Shown here: piece by piece, positions 28,146-37,325 of the stretch
Numbering within the stretch: the first letter of the stretch is position 1
Layout of the letters: each line of letters starts with the position of its first letter
Source: Paludibacteraceae bacterium
GTDB taxonomy: Bacteria > Bacteroidota > Bacteroidia > Bacteroidales > Paludibacteraceae
DNA: 64,000 bases
Direction of reading: 5' to 3'
Assembly: GCA_905236355.1 (NCBI GenBank)
Contig: CAJOPG010000134.1
Span: forward strand, 4,595-68,594
Position numbers and translations under genes: made by a program
The notes under the pieces: generated by a model
Seen by the model: the letters and a program-made list of their open reading frames with translations, nothing else
Told to the model about the DNA's origin: nothing
The model's database searches: none

Positions 28146-29311
28146 TTGCTGTGACACTTATTCCCGTACATATTACTCTGTTTGACTGGATACTCTTGGG
28201 TATCCTTACTACAGCATGGATATATCAGCTCTATTTCTACCTGCGCTACATAGCAGGCGTGTTGCGACGGGCAAACAGAGATAAAAAAGGTCGTACTCCG
28301 CAACGCAACGACCGCCCACCCGTGTCTGTCATCGTTTGTGCACGCAACGAAGCATATAATCTGTGCGCCTATCTACCCAAATTACTTGAACAAGACTACC
28401 CGCAATTCGAGGTGATAGTGGTGGATGATGGCAGTCAGGACAACACCCACGATGTATTGGAACAATACCAACTGCACTATCCTCATCTGCATACCACCTT
28501 CGTGCCGCAACAAGCACGCGTACGCAGCACGAAAAAACTGGCACTCACTCTTGCCATAAAGGCTGCCAAATATGATTATTTGGTCTTAACCGATGCCGAC
28601 TGTTGTCCGGAAAGCAACCAATGGCTGAATAACATCTGCAGCAACTTTACCGGCAATACCGAGATTGTTCTCGGCTTCGGTGCCTACTTCCGGCAAAAAG
28701 GATTCTTGAATAAGGTTATTGCATACGACACCTTATTCAACGGACTTCTTTATTTAGGTATGGCATTGTCTCGCCACCCCTATATGGGCGTAGGCAGAAA
28801 TCTTGCCTATCGGAAAGAAACATTCCTTACACATAAAGGCTTTGCCGGTACATTGGGACAGAGAGCGGGAGACGACGACTTGTTTATCAACAAAGTGGCC
28901 ACCCGCCATAACACCAATGTCGCCATCAACAGCAATAGTGTCACTTGGTCTGTACCAAAGCAGTCATTCAAACAATGGTTCCAACAGAAAGAACGCCATC
29001 TGGGAGTGGCACCGCAATATCGTTTTGACACAAAATGCCGCCTTACTCTCGAACCCGTTACACGAGCATTGTTCTATGCCGCAGCAATTGCCGTCTGCAT
29101 ATTATCACCGCTACTCTTCAAAATCATTGCAATAGCAATGCTCATCTTGCGCTTCTGCTGGCAAATAACCATCATCAATGTTTCTGCCAACCACTTTGGC
29201 ACACGCCGATTCGGACCGTCAATACTGCTCTTCGATATCTGGCTGCCGCTGAACACATTGGCACTGATGTTTCACTATTCCGTCATCGGCAAACGCCGTC
29301 AAAGATGGTGA
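28142..29311 (+). CDS. Family 2 glycosyltransferase, membrane-bound
   Basis: 389 aa. VSVIVCARNEA, VVDDGSQDNT, LTDADC (GT-A fold/DXD). N- and C-terminal TM helices. There is no in-frame ATG, so the start must be TTG 28142 or GTG 28151, overlapping the upstream stop. Confidence 0.8.
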   Translation: MIAVTLIPVHITLFDWILLGILTTAWIYQLYFYLRYIAGVLRRANRDKKGRTPQRNDRPPVSVIVCARNEAYNLCAYLPKLLEQDYPQFEVIVVDDGSQDNTHDVLEQYQLHYPHLHTTFVPQQARVRSTKKLALTLAIKAAKYDYLVLTDADCCPESNQWLNNICSNFTGNTEIVLGFGAYFRQKGFLNKVIAYDTLFNGLLYLGMALSRHPYMGVGRNLAYRKETFLTHKGFAGTLGQRAGDDDLFINKVATRHNTNVAINSNSVTWSVPKQSFKQWFQQKERHLGVAPQYRFDTKCRLTLEPVTRALFYAAAIAVCILSPLLFKIIAIAMLILRFCWQITIINVSANHFGTRRFGPSILLFDIWLPLNTLALMFHYSVIGKRRQRW

Positions 29312-29348
29312 TCCCTGGAATATATTAACTATATAATGAATACACATT

Positions 29349-29654
29349 ATGGAAGAGCAAAAAATGCAAATCAATCTCACGCCTGAAATAGCAGAGGGTA
29401 CATACGCCAATCTCGCCATCATCGCCCACTCATCCAGCGAATTTGTGGTGGACTTTGTACGCACAATGCCGGGCATGAAACAGGCACAAGTAAAGTCACG
29501 CATCATTCTGACCCCGGAACACGCCAAACGACTGTTGTTTGCCCTGCAAGACAATATCAGTAAATACGAGCAACAGTTCGGAAAAATAGAAATGACCGGA
29601 CACCCCGCTCCCGGAAGTACCTTCCCCCTCTCTTTCGGTGGAGGAGAAGCATGA
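29349..29654 (+). CDS. Small conserved protein, DUF3467-like
   Basis: 101 aa. EGTYANLAIIAHSSSEFVVDFV matches my recollection of the DUF3467 core. Confidence 0.55.
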   Translation: MEEQKMQINLTPEIAEGTYANLAIIAHSSSEFVVDFVRTMPGMKQAQVKSRIILTPEHAKRLLFALQDNISKYEQQFGKIEMTGHPAPGSTFPLSFGGGEA

Positions 29655-29720
29655 TGCGCACTACGAAGCTTGGACTTTAATATTTTAGAATTGATAATTA
29701 TAGACAAAATCTAATATACC

Positions 29721-30596
29721 ATGAAGACATTTCCTGCATCTCAACTGATTATCAACGCCGATGGCAGTGCATTTCACTTGCACCTCCGTCCGGAGTTCTT
29801 AGCAGATAAAATCATCCTTGTCGGCGATCAAGACAGGGTAAATATGATAGCATCGTTCTTTGACGAAGGCAGCATAGAGTGCGATATACAAAGTCGCGAG
29901 TTTCACACTATCACAGGCAAATTCCAAGGCAAACGCATATCCTGCGTAAGCACAGGTATCGGTACCGACAATATTGACATTGTGCTCAACGAACTTGATG
30001 CACTTGCTAATATTGACTTTGAAACACGCACAGAGAAAACACAAAAACGCTCTTTGGAAATTGTACGCATCGGTACCTGTGGAGCTATGCAAGACGACAT
30101 TCCTCTGGGATCTTTCCTTGTCAGCCAAAAGAGTATTGGCTTTGATGGAGTATTGTCCTTCTATAAAGGTCGTGACGAAATAGCAGATTTAGGCTTCGAA
30201 AAAGCTTTGATAGAGTTCATCCACTATCCTGAAAAAGCCGCACGCCCTTATGTGGTCGCCGCCAATAAAGAACTGGTTGACCGTGTGGCTGGCAACGATA
30301 TGTTGCGTGGCTGCACCATTGCCGCTAACGGGTTCTATGGTCCGCAAGGACGAGTGCTCCGTTGCGACATCGCCGTGCCTGACATCAACGAGCGCATTAG
30401 CAACTTCCGCTACGAAGGACAACGCATCACCAACTATGAAATGGAAGGTAGTGCTATTGCCGGATTGAGTCTGCTGATGGGACACAAAGCCATGACGGTG
30501 TGCTGCGTCATTGCACAACGCAAAGCGGAAGCGGCCAACACCGACTACAAACCACGCATCAAAGAACTTGTCCGCACCGTACTTGAAAGAATATAA
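29721..30596 (+). CDS. Nucleoside phosphorylase (PNP/UDP family 1)
   Basis: 291 aa. RIGTCGAMQ and NYEMEGSAI motifs. Confidence 0.8.
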   Translation: MKTFPASQLIINADGSAFHLHLRPEFLADKIILVGDQDRVNMIASFFDEGSIECDIQSREFHTITGKFQGKRISCVSTGIGTDNIDIVLNELDALANIDFETRTEKTQKRSLEIVRIGTCGAMQDDIPLGSFLVSQKSIGFDGVLSFYKGRDEIADLGFEKALIEFIHYPEKAARPYVVAANKELVDRVAGNDMLRGCTIAANGFYGPQGRVLRCDIAVPDINERISNFRYEGQRITNYEMEGSAIAGLSLLMGHKAMTVCCVIAQRKAEAANTDYKPRIKELVRTVLERI

Positions 30597-30610
30597 ACCT
30601 CTACCAGCGC

Positions 30611-31303
30611 ATGACCGTCAATGTTGAACACCTGAGCAAGAGTATTGGGAAAACAGAAATCTTGCACGACATCACCTTCAATATTAGTAAAGGTGAGATT
30701 GTGGGATTGTTAGGACCCAATGGTGCAGGCAAGTCAACACTGATGAAGATTTTGACCGGTTTGTGGGACTTTCAGCAAGGAACCGTTAGTGTTTGCGGTA
30801 TCAACGCCAACAGACAGCTCCCTCATGAAGTAAGCCGCCTGATAGGATATCTCCCCGAAGACAACCCCCTATACAAAGACATGTATGTGCGGGAGTACCT
30901 CCTCTTTATGGCTAAAATGCACTGCATCCCCCGGAAAGAGCGTAAGCAGAAAACAGGAGAGTTGATAGAAAAGGTGGGGTTAACTCCGATGGCGCATAAG
31001 AAAATACGGGAACTGAGCAAGGGATATCGCCAACGAGTGGGGTTGGCACAAGCCCTACTCGGCAATTTTGAGTTGCTGATTCTGGATGAACCCACTACTG
31101 GATTCGACCCCAACCAGTTAGACGACATCCGTAATTTGATTCGTGAAATAGGAAAAAATTGCACAGTAATACTCTCCACGCATATTCTGCAGGAAGTGCA
31201 GGCCATGTGCAACCGGGTTATCATTCTTGCACAAGGACAAGTGAAAGACGATACCACCGATTTGAACAATCTAACCGAACTTTTCCGCCGATTAACCACC
31301 TGA
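30611..31303 (+). CDS. ABC transporter ATP-binding protein (no adjacent permease)
   Basis: 230 aa. Walker [10 protein letters not shown], signature [15 protein letters not shown], Walker [13 protein letters not shown]. Confidence 0.88.
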   Translation: MTVNVEHLSKSIGKTEILHDITFNISKGEIVGLLGPNGAGKSTLMKILTGLWDFQQGTVSVCGINANRQLPHEVSRLIGYLPEDNPLYKDMYVREYLLFMAKMHCIPRKERKQKTGELIEKVGLTPMAHKKIRELSKGYRQRVGLAQALLGNFELLILDEPTTGFDPNQLDDIRNLIREIGKNCTVILSTHILQEVQAMCNRVIILAQGQVKDDTTDLNNLTELFRRLTT

Positions 31304-31317
31304 TTTATTGTAACAAC

Positions 31318-32337
31318 ATGAGTGAATTCGACATACGTGGCCAACTGAATGAAAAAGAACAGGACAATGCTTTGCGACCGCTGAAATTTGATGATTTTGC
31401 AGGGCAGACAAAGATTGTAAGCAACCTGCGTATCTTTGTTCAAGCAGCACGCCTGCGCGGAGAGAGCTTGGACCATACCCTGCTCTTCGGACCTCCGGGT
31501 TTGGGAAAAACCACATTAAGCAACATCATCGCCAATGAGTTGGGAGTTGGGTTCAAAGTAACATCCGGACCTGTTCTGGACAAACCCGGTGACCTGGCAG
31601 GGTTACTCACCAGTTTGGAACCCAACGATGTTCTTTTTATTGACGAGATACACCGTTTGTCACCCATTGTGGAAGAATACCTATATTCCGCCATGGAGGA
31701 CTATCGGATTGACATCATGATTGACAAAGGACCTTCGGCACGCACCATCCAGATAGACCTCAACCGATTCACCCTGATTGGCGCTACCACTCGCAGCGGA
31801 CTACTCACTTCCCCGCTGCGCGCACGCTTTGGCATCAACTGCCACCTGGAATACTACGATGCCGATGTGCTTACAGGCATCGTGCAACGCTCTGCCCGAC
31901 TGCTGAATGTCGCAATAGATAGCCACGCCGCTGCTGAAATAGCACGCAGAAGCCGTGGAACACCACGCATTGCCAATGCACTGCTTAGACGAGTGCGCGA
32001 CTTTGCACAAGTGAAAGGCGACGGGAATATCAATTTAGACATTGCCAAGTATGCTCTTGAAGCACTCAATATCGACACCTTTGGACTTGATGAAATCGAC
32101 AACAAACTCCTCTGCACCATTATCGACAAGTTCAAAGGAGGACCCGTCGGACTCAATACTATCGCTACTGCAATGGGCGAAGACCCCGGTACAATAGAAG
32201 ATGTGTATGAACCCTATCTTATTAAGGAAGGTTTTATCAAACGCACACCGCGAGGAAGAGAAGTAACCGACCTCGCCTACCGACATCTTGGCAAGACACC
32301 TTGGCAGCAAGAGCCAAACGGAACTTTGTTTGACTAA
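31318..32337 (+). CDS. ruvB: Holliday junction branch migration helicase RuvB
   Basis: Walker [35 protein letters not shown] chose ATG 31318 (MSEFDIRGQ...). The track ORF start at 31159 overlaps the ABC gene by 145 nt. Confidence 0.93.
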   Translation: MSEFDIRGQLNEKEQDNALRPLKFDDFAGQTKIVSNLRIFVQAARLRGESLDHTLLFGPPGLGKTTLSNIIANELGVGFKVTSGPVLDKPGDLAGLLTSLEPNDVLFIDEIHRLSPIVEEYLYSAMEDYRIDIMIDKGPSARTIQIDLNRFTLIGATTRSGLLTSPLRARFGINCHLEYYDADVLTGIVQRSARLLNVAIDSHAAAEIARRSRGTPRIANALLRRVRDFAQVKGDGNINLDIAKYALEALNIDTFGLDEIDNKLLCTIIDKFKGGPVGLNTIATAMGEDPGTIEDVYEPYLIKEGFIKRTPRGREVTDLAYRHLGKTPWQQEPNGTLFD

Positions 32338-32356
32338 GGATCTTGGAACGACAACA

Positions 32357-33382
32357 TTACAACTCCAATATTACCTTCCCACATTGCCCCGACTCCATAA
32401 TGTCAAAACCTTTCTGGAAGTCTTCAAACTTGAAATGGTGCGTAATGACAGGGCTTAAGTCGAGTCCCCCCAATAGCATTTGCTCCATCTGATACCAAGT
32501 CTCCCACATACGCCTGCCGGTGATGCCCTTGATGGTAAGAGCATTAAAGATAACATCCGACCAATTGACCTTTGTGTCAGAAGGAAGAATACCCAGCTGG
32601 GCTATGTTAGCACCTTTATACATGTGCTGTATCATATCGTTGAAAGCGGAAGGTGCCCCCGACATCTCCAATCCTACATCAAAGCCACGAATTCCCAGTT
32701 GTTCCATTGCAGCCGCTACCGTCTCACCCTTCGAACCATCCACAGTGAGCGTGGCGCCCATACGCTTGGCTATATCCAATCGCAACGGGTTGATGTCTGT
32801 GACAATGATATTCTTCGCTCCCGCAAAACGACATATCCCGGCAGCCATTGTACCTATCAATCCGGCACCCGTAATCAGCACATCCTCTCCTAACAAAGGG
32901 AATGCCATTGCCGTATGAGTAGCGTTACCAAAGGGGTCCATAATCGCGGCAAAATCGTCTGATATACTGTCTTTCAACTTGACAATATTGCTCTCTGGTA
33001 TCGTAACATATTCTGCAAAAGCACCATCCTTACCAAAGATTCCCACCGATAAGCTATTCTCGCACACATGCCCCATACCACGACGGCAGTTTCTACAATG
33101 TCCGCACACAATATGTCCCTCCGCCGTTACACGCTCACCTACCCGTATATTCCGCACACCGGGACCCGTTTCCACCACTATTCCTACAAACTCATGACCC
33201 ATGATATAGGGCACACGGCAATGCTGTTCAGACCATTCGTCCCATTTATACATGTGTAAGTCGGTCCCGCAGATAGCTGCCTTTTTTACTTTGACAAGCA
33301 CATCATTCACAGCCACTTCCGGCATCGGAACATCTTCCATCCAGATACCGCGCTTCGGATAACGCTTTACTAATGCTTTCAT
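32357..33382 (-). CDS. tdh: L-threonine 3-dehydrogenase
   Basis: Zn-ADH motifs CGTDLHMY, GHEFVG, CGHCRNCRRGMGHVC, GAGLIG. ATG 33382 (MKALVK...) is preferred over the upstream TTG at 33397. Confidence 0.9.
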   Translation of the reverse strand: MKALVKRYPKRGIWMEDVPMPEVAVNDVLVKVKKAAICGTDLHMYKWDEWSEQHCRVPYIMGHEFVGIVVETGPGVRNIRVGERVTAEGHIVCGHCRNCRRGMGHVCENSLSVGIFGKDGAFAEYVTIPESNIVKLKDSISDDFAAIMDPFGNATHTAMAFPLLGEDVLITGAGLIGTMAAGICRFAGAKNIIVTDINPLRLDIAKRMGATLTVDGSKGETVAAAMEQLGIRGFDVGLEMSGAPSAFNDMIQHMYKGANIAQLGILPSDTKVNWSDVIFNALTIKGITGRRMWETWYQMEQMLLGGLDLSPVITHHFKFEDFQKGFDIMESGQCGKVILEL

Positions 33383-33416
33383 AATAGAAAATCTCAAAAT
33401 TCCTAAATCCTATATT

Positions 33417-34619
33417 TCAGCCTTTCAACACCCCAAGTTTCTTGCCTACCTTAACAAAGGCGGCTATGCCACGGTCAAGATGGTTCTGCGTATGAGCCGC
33501 ACTGAGTTGCACGCGAATACGGGCCTCTCCTTTAGGCACTACCGGATAATAGAAACCTGTTACATAAATACCCTCTTGTTGCAATGCTGCGGCAAACTCT
33601 TGTGACAGACGGGCATCATATAGCATTACGGCACATATCGCCGATTGTGTGGGTTTGATATCAAAACCTGCTTGTTGCATCCGGCTTACAAAATAGCGCG
33701 TATTCTCGTGCAGACGGTCTTGGAGCACATTGTCACGACTCAGTAGTTCAAAAGTACGCACGCCCGCTGCCGCTATCATAGGTGGTATACTGTTGCTGAA
33801 CAAATATGGCCGCGACCGCTGACGGAGCATTGCGATAATCTCTTTCTTACCTGTAGTAAAACCTCCAACAGAGCCGCCAAAGGCTTTCCCGAGCGTGCCG
33901 GTGATGATTTCTATTTGTCCCCTGAGATTGTATAGTTCAGTCACACCGCGACCCGTACTGCCTACCACACCTGCCGAATGGCTCTCATCCACCATTACCA
34001 ATGCGTCATATTTCTTTGCCAAAGCATATATCTTGTCCAACGGACACACATTGCCGTCCATGGAAAATACACCATCGGTAGCTACGATGCGAAAACGCTG
34101 GGCCTGTGCCTTCTTTAGTTGCTCCTCAAGGTCGGCAACATCACCATTCTTATAACGATAACGAACTGCCTTGCAAAGACGAACTCCGTCTATTATCGAC
34201 GCATGATTCAATGCATCTGATATGATAGCATCTTCTTCTGTCAGCAATGGCTCAAACAAACCGCCATTCGCATCAAAGCACGAAGCATACAAAATAGTAT
34301 CCTCTGTTCCGAAAAAATCACTGATTGCCCGCTCCAACTCTTTGTGAGTATCCTGTGTCCCGCAAATGAAGCGAACGGATGCCATACCATAACCGCGCAT
34401 ATCCATACGCTGTTTGGCTGCAGCAACCAACTCTTGGTTGTCCGCAAGACCTAAATAATTATTCGCACAGAAGTTTATAACTTGCTGCTCATCCTTACCG
34501 GATGATACGCGAATACTACTACTCTGAGGAGACACAATGATACGCTCTTCCTTATAAAGACCCGCTTCTCTTATCGCAGACAACTCCTCACACAAATGTT
34601 GCTGAAATGATTTATACAT
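33417..34619 (-). CDS. kbl: Glycine C-acetyltransferase (2-amino-3-ketobutyrate CoA ligase)
   Basis: 400 aa. PLP-enzyme motifs VMVDESHSAG and GTLGKAFGG. Sits directly upstream of tdh. Confidence 0.9.
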   Translation of the reverse strand: MYKSFQQHLCEELSAIREAGLYKEERIIVSPQSSSIRVSSGKDEQQVINFCANNYLGLADNQELVAAAKQRMDMRGYGMASVRFICGTQDTHKELERAISDFFGTEDTILYASCFDANGGLFEPLLTEEDAIISDALNHASIIDGVRLCKAVRYRYKNGDVADLEEQLKKAQAQRFRIVATDGVFSMDGNVCPLDKIYALAKKYDALVMVDESHSAGVVGSTGRGVTELYNLRGQIEIITGTLGKAFGGSVGGFTTGKKEIIAMLRQRSRPYLFSNSIPPMIAAAGVRTFELLSRDNVLQDRLHENTRYFVSRMQQAGFDIKPTQSAICAVMLYDARLSQEFAAALQQEGIYVTGFYYPVVPKGEARIRVQLSAAHTQNHLDRGIAAFVKVGKKLGVLKG

Positions 34620-34818
34620 AATGTAATATACTATTTATAAACTGCTCCTTCTCACTCCCATCAACGCTACAAAGATACAACATTCTTTGGTAACGCACAA
34701 AATTTTTCTTTTGATGAAAATAAATCCATACACGAAAAACGCGACATCCAAAACAACACCGGACAATATCTACCATACAAAATAGGCAGCGACACCATAT
34801 CGGTGCCGAAGGAGCAAC

Positions 34819-34854
34819 CATACATCATCAAAGGATCAACCATACATCAAAAGC
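34819..34854. repeat. Degenerate copy of the intergenic core repeat (reverse orientation)
   Basis: catacatcatcaaaggatcaaccatacatcaaaagc. It shares the terminal ACATCAAAAGCCC motif and the 11/22-nt spacing with 42319-42352. Confidence 0.55.
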
Positions 34855-34935
34855 CCATACTAATCCCCACATAAGCCTCATGAAAGACCGCAACACTTTA
34901 TGTTGGAGGAACCTACTCCAATGTCCTCCGCCATT

Positions 34936-34966
34936 TTTGATGTTCCATTTTTTATTTGTACCTTTG
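34936..34966 (+). promoter_or_regulatory. Bacteroidetes-type promoter for the queFCDE cluster
   Basis: TTTG at 34936-34939, a 19-nt spacer, then TACCTTTG at 34959-34966. Confidence 0.55.
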
Positions 34967-34978
34967 CAGCCGATAACA

Positions 34979-35022
34979 GGGAGCTACTGTTTTTCCTCCC
35001 AACAACAAAAAAACTGAAAACA
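34979..35022 (+). promoter_or_regulatory. 5' leader hairpin plus A-rich tail in front of queF (candidate preQ1-responsive element, unproven)
   Basis: GGGAG (34979-34983), a 12-nt loop ctactgtttttc, CTCCC (34996-35000), then aacaacaaaaaaactgaaaaca running into ATG 35023. Confidence 0.25.
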
Positions 35023-35493
35023 ATGAGAACTTCTGAAGAATTGGAAGGCATCAGCCTTCTCGGTAATCAAGGAACAAAATACCCTACGGATTATGCTCCT
35101 GAACTCTTGGAAACTTTTCCTAACAAGCATCCCGAAAACGAATATTTAGTCACGCTCAACTGCCCTGAGTTCACATCGTTGTGCCCCAAAACAGGTCAAC
35201 CGGATTTCGGCAAGATAGTTATCCGTTACATCCCGCGCAATCGAATGGTGGAGTCAAAGTCGCTGAAACTTTATCTATTCTCCTTCCGCAACCATGGAGA
35301 CTTTCATGAAGACTGTGTCAACATTATTATGAAAGACCTTGTAAACCTCATGAACCCGAAATATATAGAGGTGTGTGGCTACTTTATGCCTCGTGGAGGT
35401 ATCAGTATCATCCCTTTCGCAAACTATGCCGATGCCGAGCATGACGAACTTCGCAAGGCAAGACTTGCCGCACAGATGGCGGGAGAAATGTGA
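35023..35493 (+). CDS. queF: NADPH-dependent 7-cyano-7-deazaguanine (preQ0) reductase
   Basis: [17 protein letters not shown] and [10 protein letters not shown] motifs. ATG 35023 (MRTSEELEG...) was chosen because the track start at 34900 lies upstream of the promoter box. Confidence 0.9.
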   Translation: MRTSEELEGISLLGNQGTKYPTDYAPELLETFPNKHPENEYLVTLNCPEFTSLCPKTGQPDFGKIVIRYIPRNRMVESKSLKLYLFSFRNHGDFHEDCVNIIMKDLVNLMNPKYIEVCGYFMPRGGISIIPFANYADAEHDELRKARLAAQMAGEM

Positions 35494-35518
35494 AATCTGA
35501 AGTGTAAAAATAGAAATA

Positions 35519-36169
35519 ATGAAAGATTCGTTATTGGTTTTATCAGGCGGACTGGATTCCACCACTATGCTCTATGAATACAAAGAGCGTATCGCTTTGG
35601 CTGTATCATTCGACTATGGCAGCAATCATAATAAGCGCGAGATAGGGTTTGCACGCCTTCATTGTGAGCGGCTGGGCATACGGCATATCGTTATACCTTT
35701 GCCTTTCATGAAGGAATATTTCCATTCGTCTTTGCTTGAGGGCGCAGAGGCTATTCCTGAAGGCAACTACGATGAAGAAAACATGAAGAGCACGGTGGTG
35801 CCCTTCCGAAATGGTATTATGCTGAGTGTGGCGGCAGGTCTTGCAGAAAACGAAGGATTGCACTATGTCATGCTTGCCAACCATAGCGGCGACCATACAG
35901 TGTACCCCGACTGCCGTCCTGAGTTTGTAGAGGCTATGTCTTCCGCCATACATGCAGGCACATGGAACGGAATAAAACTGCTTGTACCCTATACCAATAT
36001 TACCAAGACGGAAATTGCACGACATGGCAAGACCTTGGGCATTGACTATAGTGAGACATGGAGTTGTTACAAGGGCGGAGAGGTTCACTGCGGCAAATGC
36101 GGCACTTGCAGGGAACGGCGTCAAGCGCTTGCCGAAGCGGGAGTAAATGACACAACAGTTTATGAATAG
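35519..36169 (+). CDS. queC: 7-cyano-7-deazaguanine synthase
   Basis: 216 aa. PP-loop LSGGLDSTT and a C-terminal CYKGGEVHCGKCGTC zinc motif. Confidence 0.93.
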   Translation: MKDSLLVLSGGLDSTTMLYEYKERIALAVSFDYGSNHNKREIGFARLHCERLGIRHIVIPLPFMKEYFHSSLLEGAEAIPEGNYDEENMKSTVVPFRNGIMLSVAAGLAENEGLHYVMLANHSGDHTVYPDCRPEFVEAMSSAIHAGTWNGIKLLVPYTNITKTEIARHGKTLGIDYSETWSCYKGGEVHCGKCGTCRERRQALAEAGVNDTTVYE

Positions 36170-36204
36170 GTAATGGCGAATCGTTAACAGATAAACAGAT
36201 AGTC

Positions 36205-36537
36205 ATGTATTATATCCAAAAGACCATAGAGATATCAGCAGCACACAATTTGATGCTGAGTTACGAAAGCAAATGCGAAAGTCTGCACGGACACAATTGG
36301 ATTATTGTGGTTTATTGCAAGGCGGAAGAACTTAACCAAGACGGGATGGTAACCGACTTCACCCATATCAAGCGTGTCGTGAAAGACACCTTTGACCACA
36401 AGTATATCAACGATGTGCTGGATGTCAATCCCTCTGCCGAGAACATCGCCCGTTGGATATGCGAACATGTGGAGAACTGCTATAAAGTGAGCGTTCAAGA
36501 GTCGGAGGGTAATATTGCAATATATGAGCGAGACTAA
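36205..36537 (+). CDS. queD: 6-carboxy-5,6,7,8-tetrahydropterin synthase
   Basis: 110 aa. PTPS-like CESLHGHNW and DHKYIND motifs. Confidence 0.88.
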   Translation: MYYIQKTIEISAAHNLMLSYESKCESLHGHNWIIVVYCKAEELNQDGMVTDFTHIKRVVKDTFDHKYINDVLDVNPSAENIARWICEHVENCYKVSVQESEGNIAIYERD

Positions 36538-37093
36538 GAGATACCGCATCAACGAGATATTCTATTCTCTTCAAGGTGAGGGATATCACACGGGAAGACC
36601 TGCTGTGTTTATTCGGTTCTCCGGTTGCAACCTGCGTTGCCGGTGGTGTGACACGAACTTCAAACAATACACACTGATGAGTGCGGAAGAGATAGTGGGG
36701 GCATGCATAAAGTTGCATCGGGATTGTATGGCGCTTCTGACGGGCGGTGAACCTGCATTACATGCTGATGATGATTTGATAGATGCGTTGCACAAAGCGG
36801 GTTATAACCGTATTGCTATTGAGACCAATGGCACCAAGTATCTTCCGAAAGGTATTGATTGGGTTACTTGCTCGCCCAAAGAAGGAACCCATGTGTTGCT
36901 TCACAATGTGGATGAGATGAAAATTGTCTATACGGGTCAGGATGTGGAGAAATGGCTTCAGATAGTGCACGCTCCGTACAACTATCTCCAACCTTGTTCT
37001 CTGCAGAACACCAAACGCATCGTCAGGTACATACTCAAGCATCCGTGGTGGCGGTTGTCACTACAAACGCAGAAGTATATCGGAATGAAATAA
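36524..37093 (+). CDS. queE: 7-carboxy-7-deazaguanine synthase (radical SAM)
   Basis: EIFYSLQGEG and FIRFSGCNLRCRWCDT motifs. ATG 36524 is preferred over TTG 36515. Overlaps the queD end. Confidence 0.88.
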   Translation: MSETKRYRINEIFYSLQGEGYHTGRPAVFIRFSGCNLRCRWCDTNFKQYTLMSAEEIVGACIKLHRDCMALLTGGEPALHADDDLIDALHKAGYNRIAIETNGTKYLPKGIDWVTCSPKEGTHVLLHNVDEMKIVYTGQDVEKWLQIVHAPYNYLQPCSLQNTKRIVRYILKHPWWRLSLQTQKYIGMK

Positions 37094-37156
37094 GCGTTAA
37101 ATGTCGCAACAAAAATATATTTCATATTTTCGGGGCATCTATATGTGTATTGTTGT

Positions 37157-37190
37157 GCTTTTGATGTTTCGATGATCCTTCGATGCTGCA
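37157..37190. repeat. Copy of the intergenic core repeat
   Basis: gcttttgatgtttcgatgatccttcgatgctgca. It is identical at 33 of 34 positions to the reverse complement of 42319-42352 (hand alignment). Confidence 0.8.
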
Positions 37191-37325
37191 AACTGAACGG
37201 TGTAAACGATGTGCGTAATGTGTTAAAATGTGAAAATACGGGTATTTTAAGACTATCTTAAGATTCTTTGGGGGTAATTATAACATTTTCACATTATAAC
37301 ACACACAAATGGTTTTGTTGTTATG

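Noticed and set aside
27300-28157. 285-aa minus-strand ORF
   Set aside because: It is antisense to the PCMD-like CDS, which has a signal peptide and a promoter context. This ORF has no start context or motifs.
31159-31317. N-terminal extensions in the track for ruvB. The same issue applies to queF 34900-35022, amn 42475-42540, clpX 48496-48528, clpP 49163-49192, tdh 33383-33397 and queE 36515-36523
   Set aside because: The track takes the most upstream ATG/GTG/TTG. These extensions overlap the preceding gene or a predicted promoter box. They also add non-homologous residues ahead of the canonical N-termini.
30823-31476. 217-aa minus-strand ORF spanning the ABC/ruvB junction
   Set aside because: It is antisense to two confidently identified genes.
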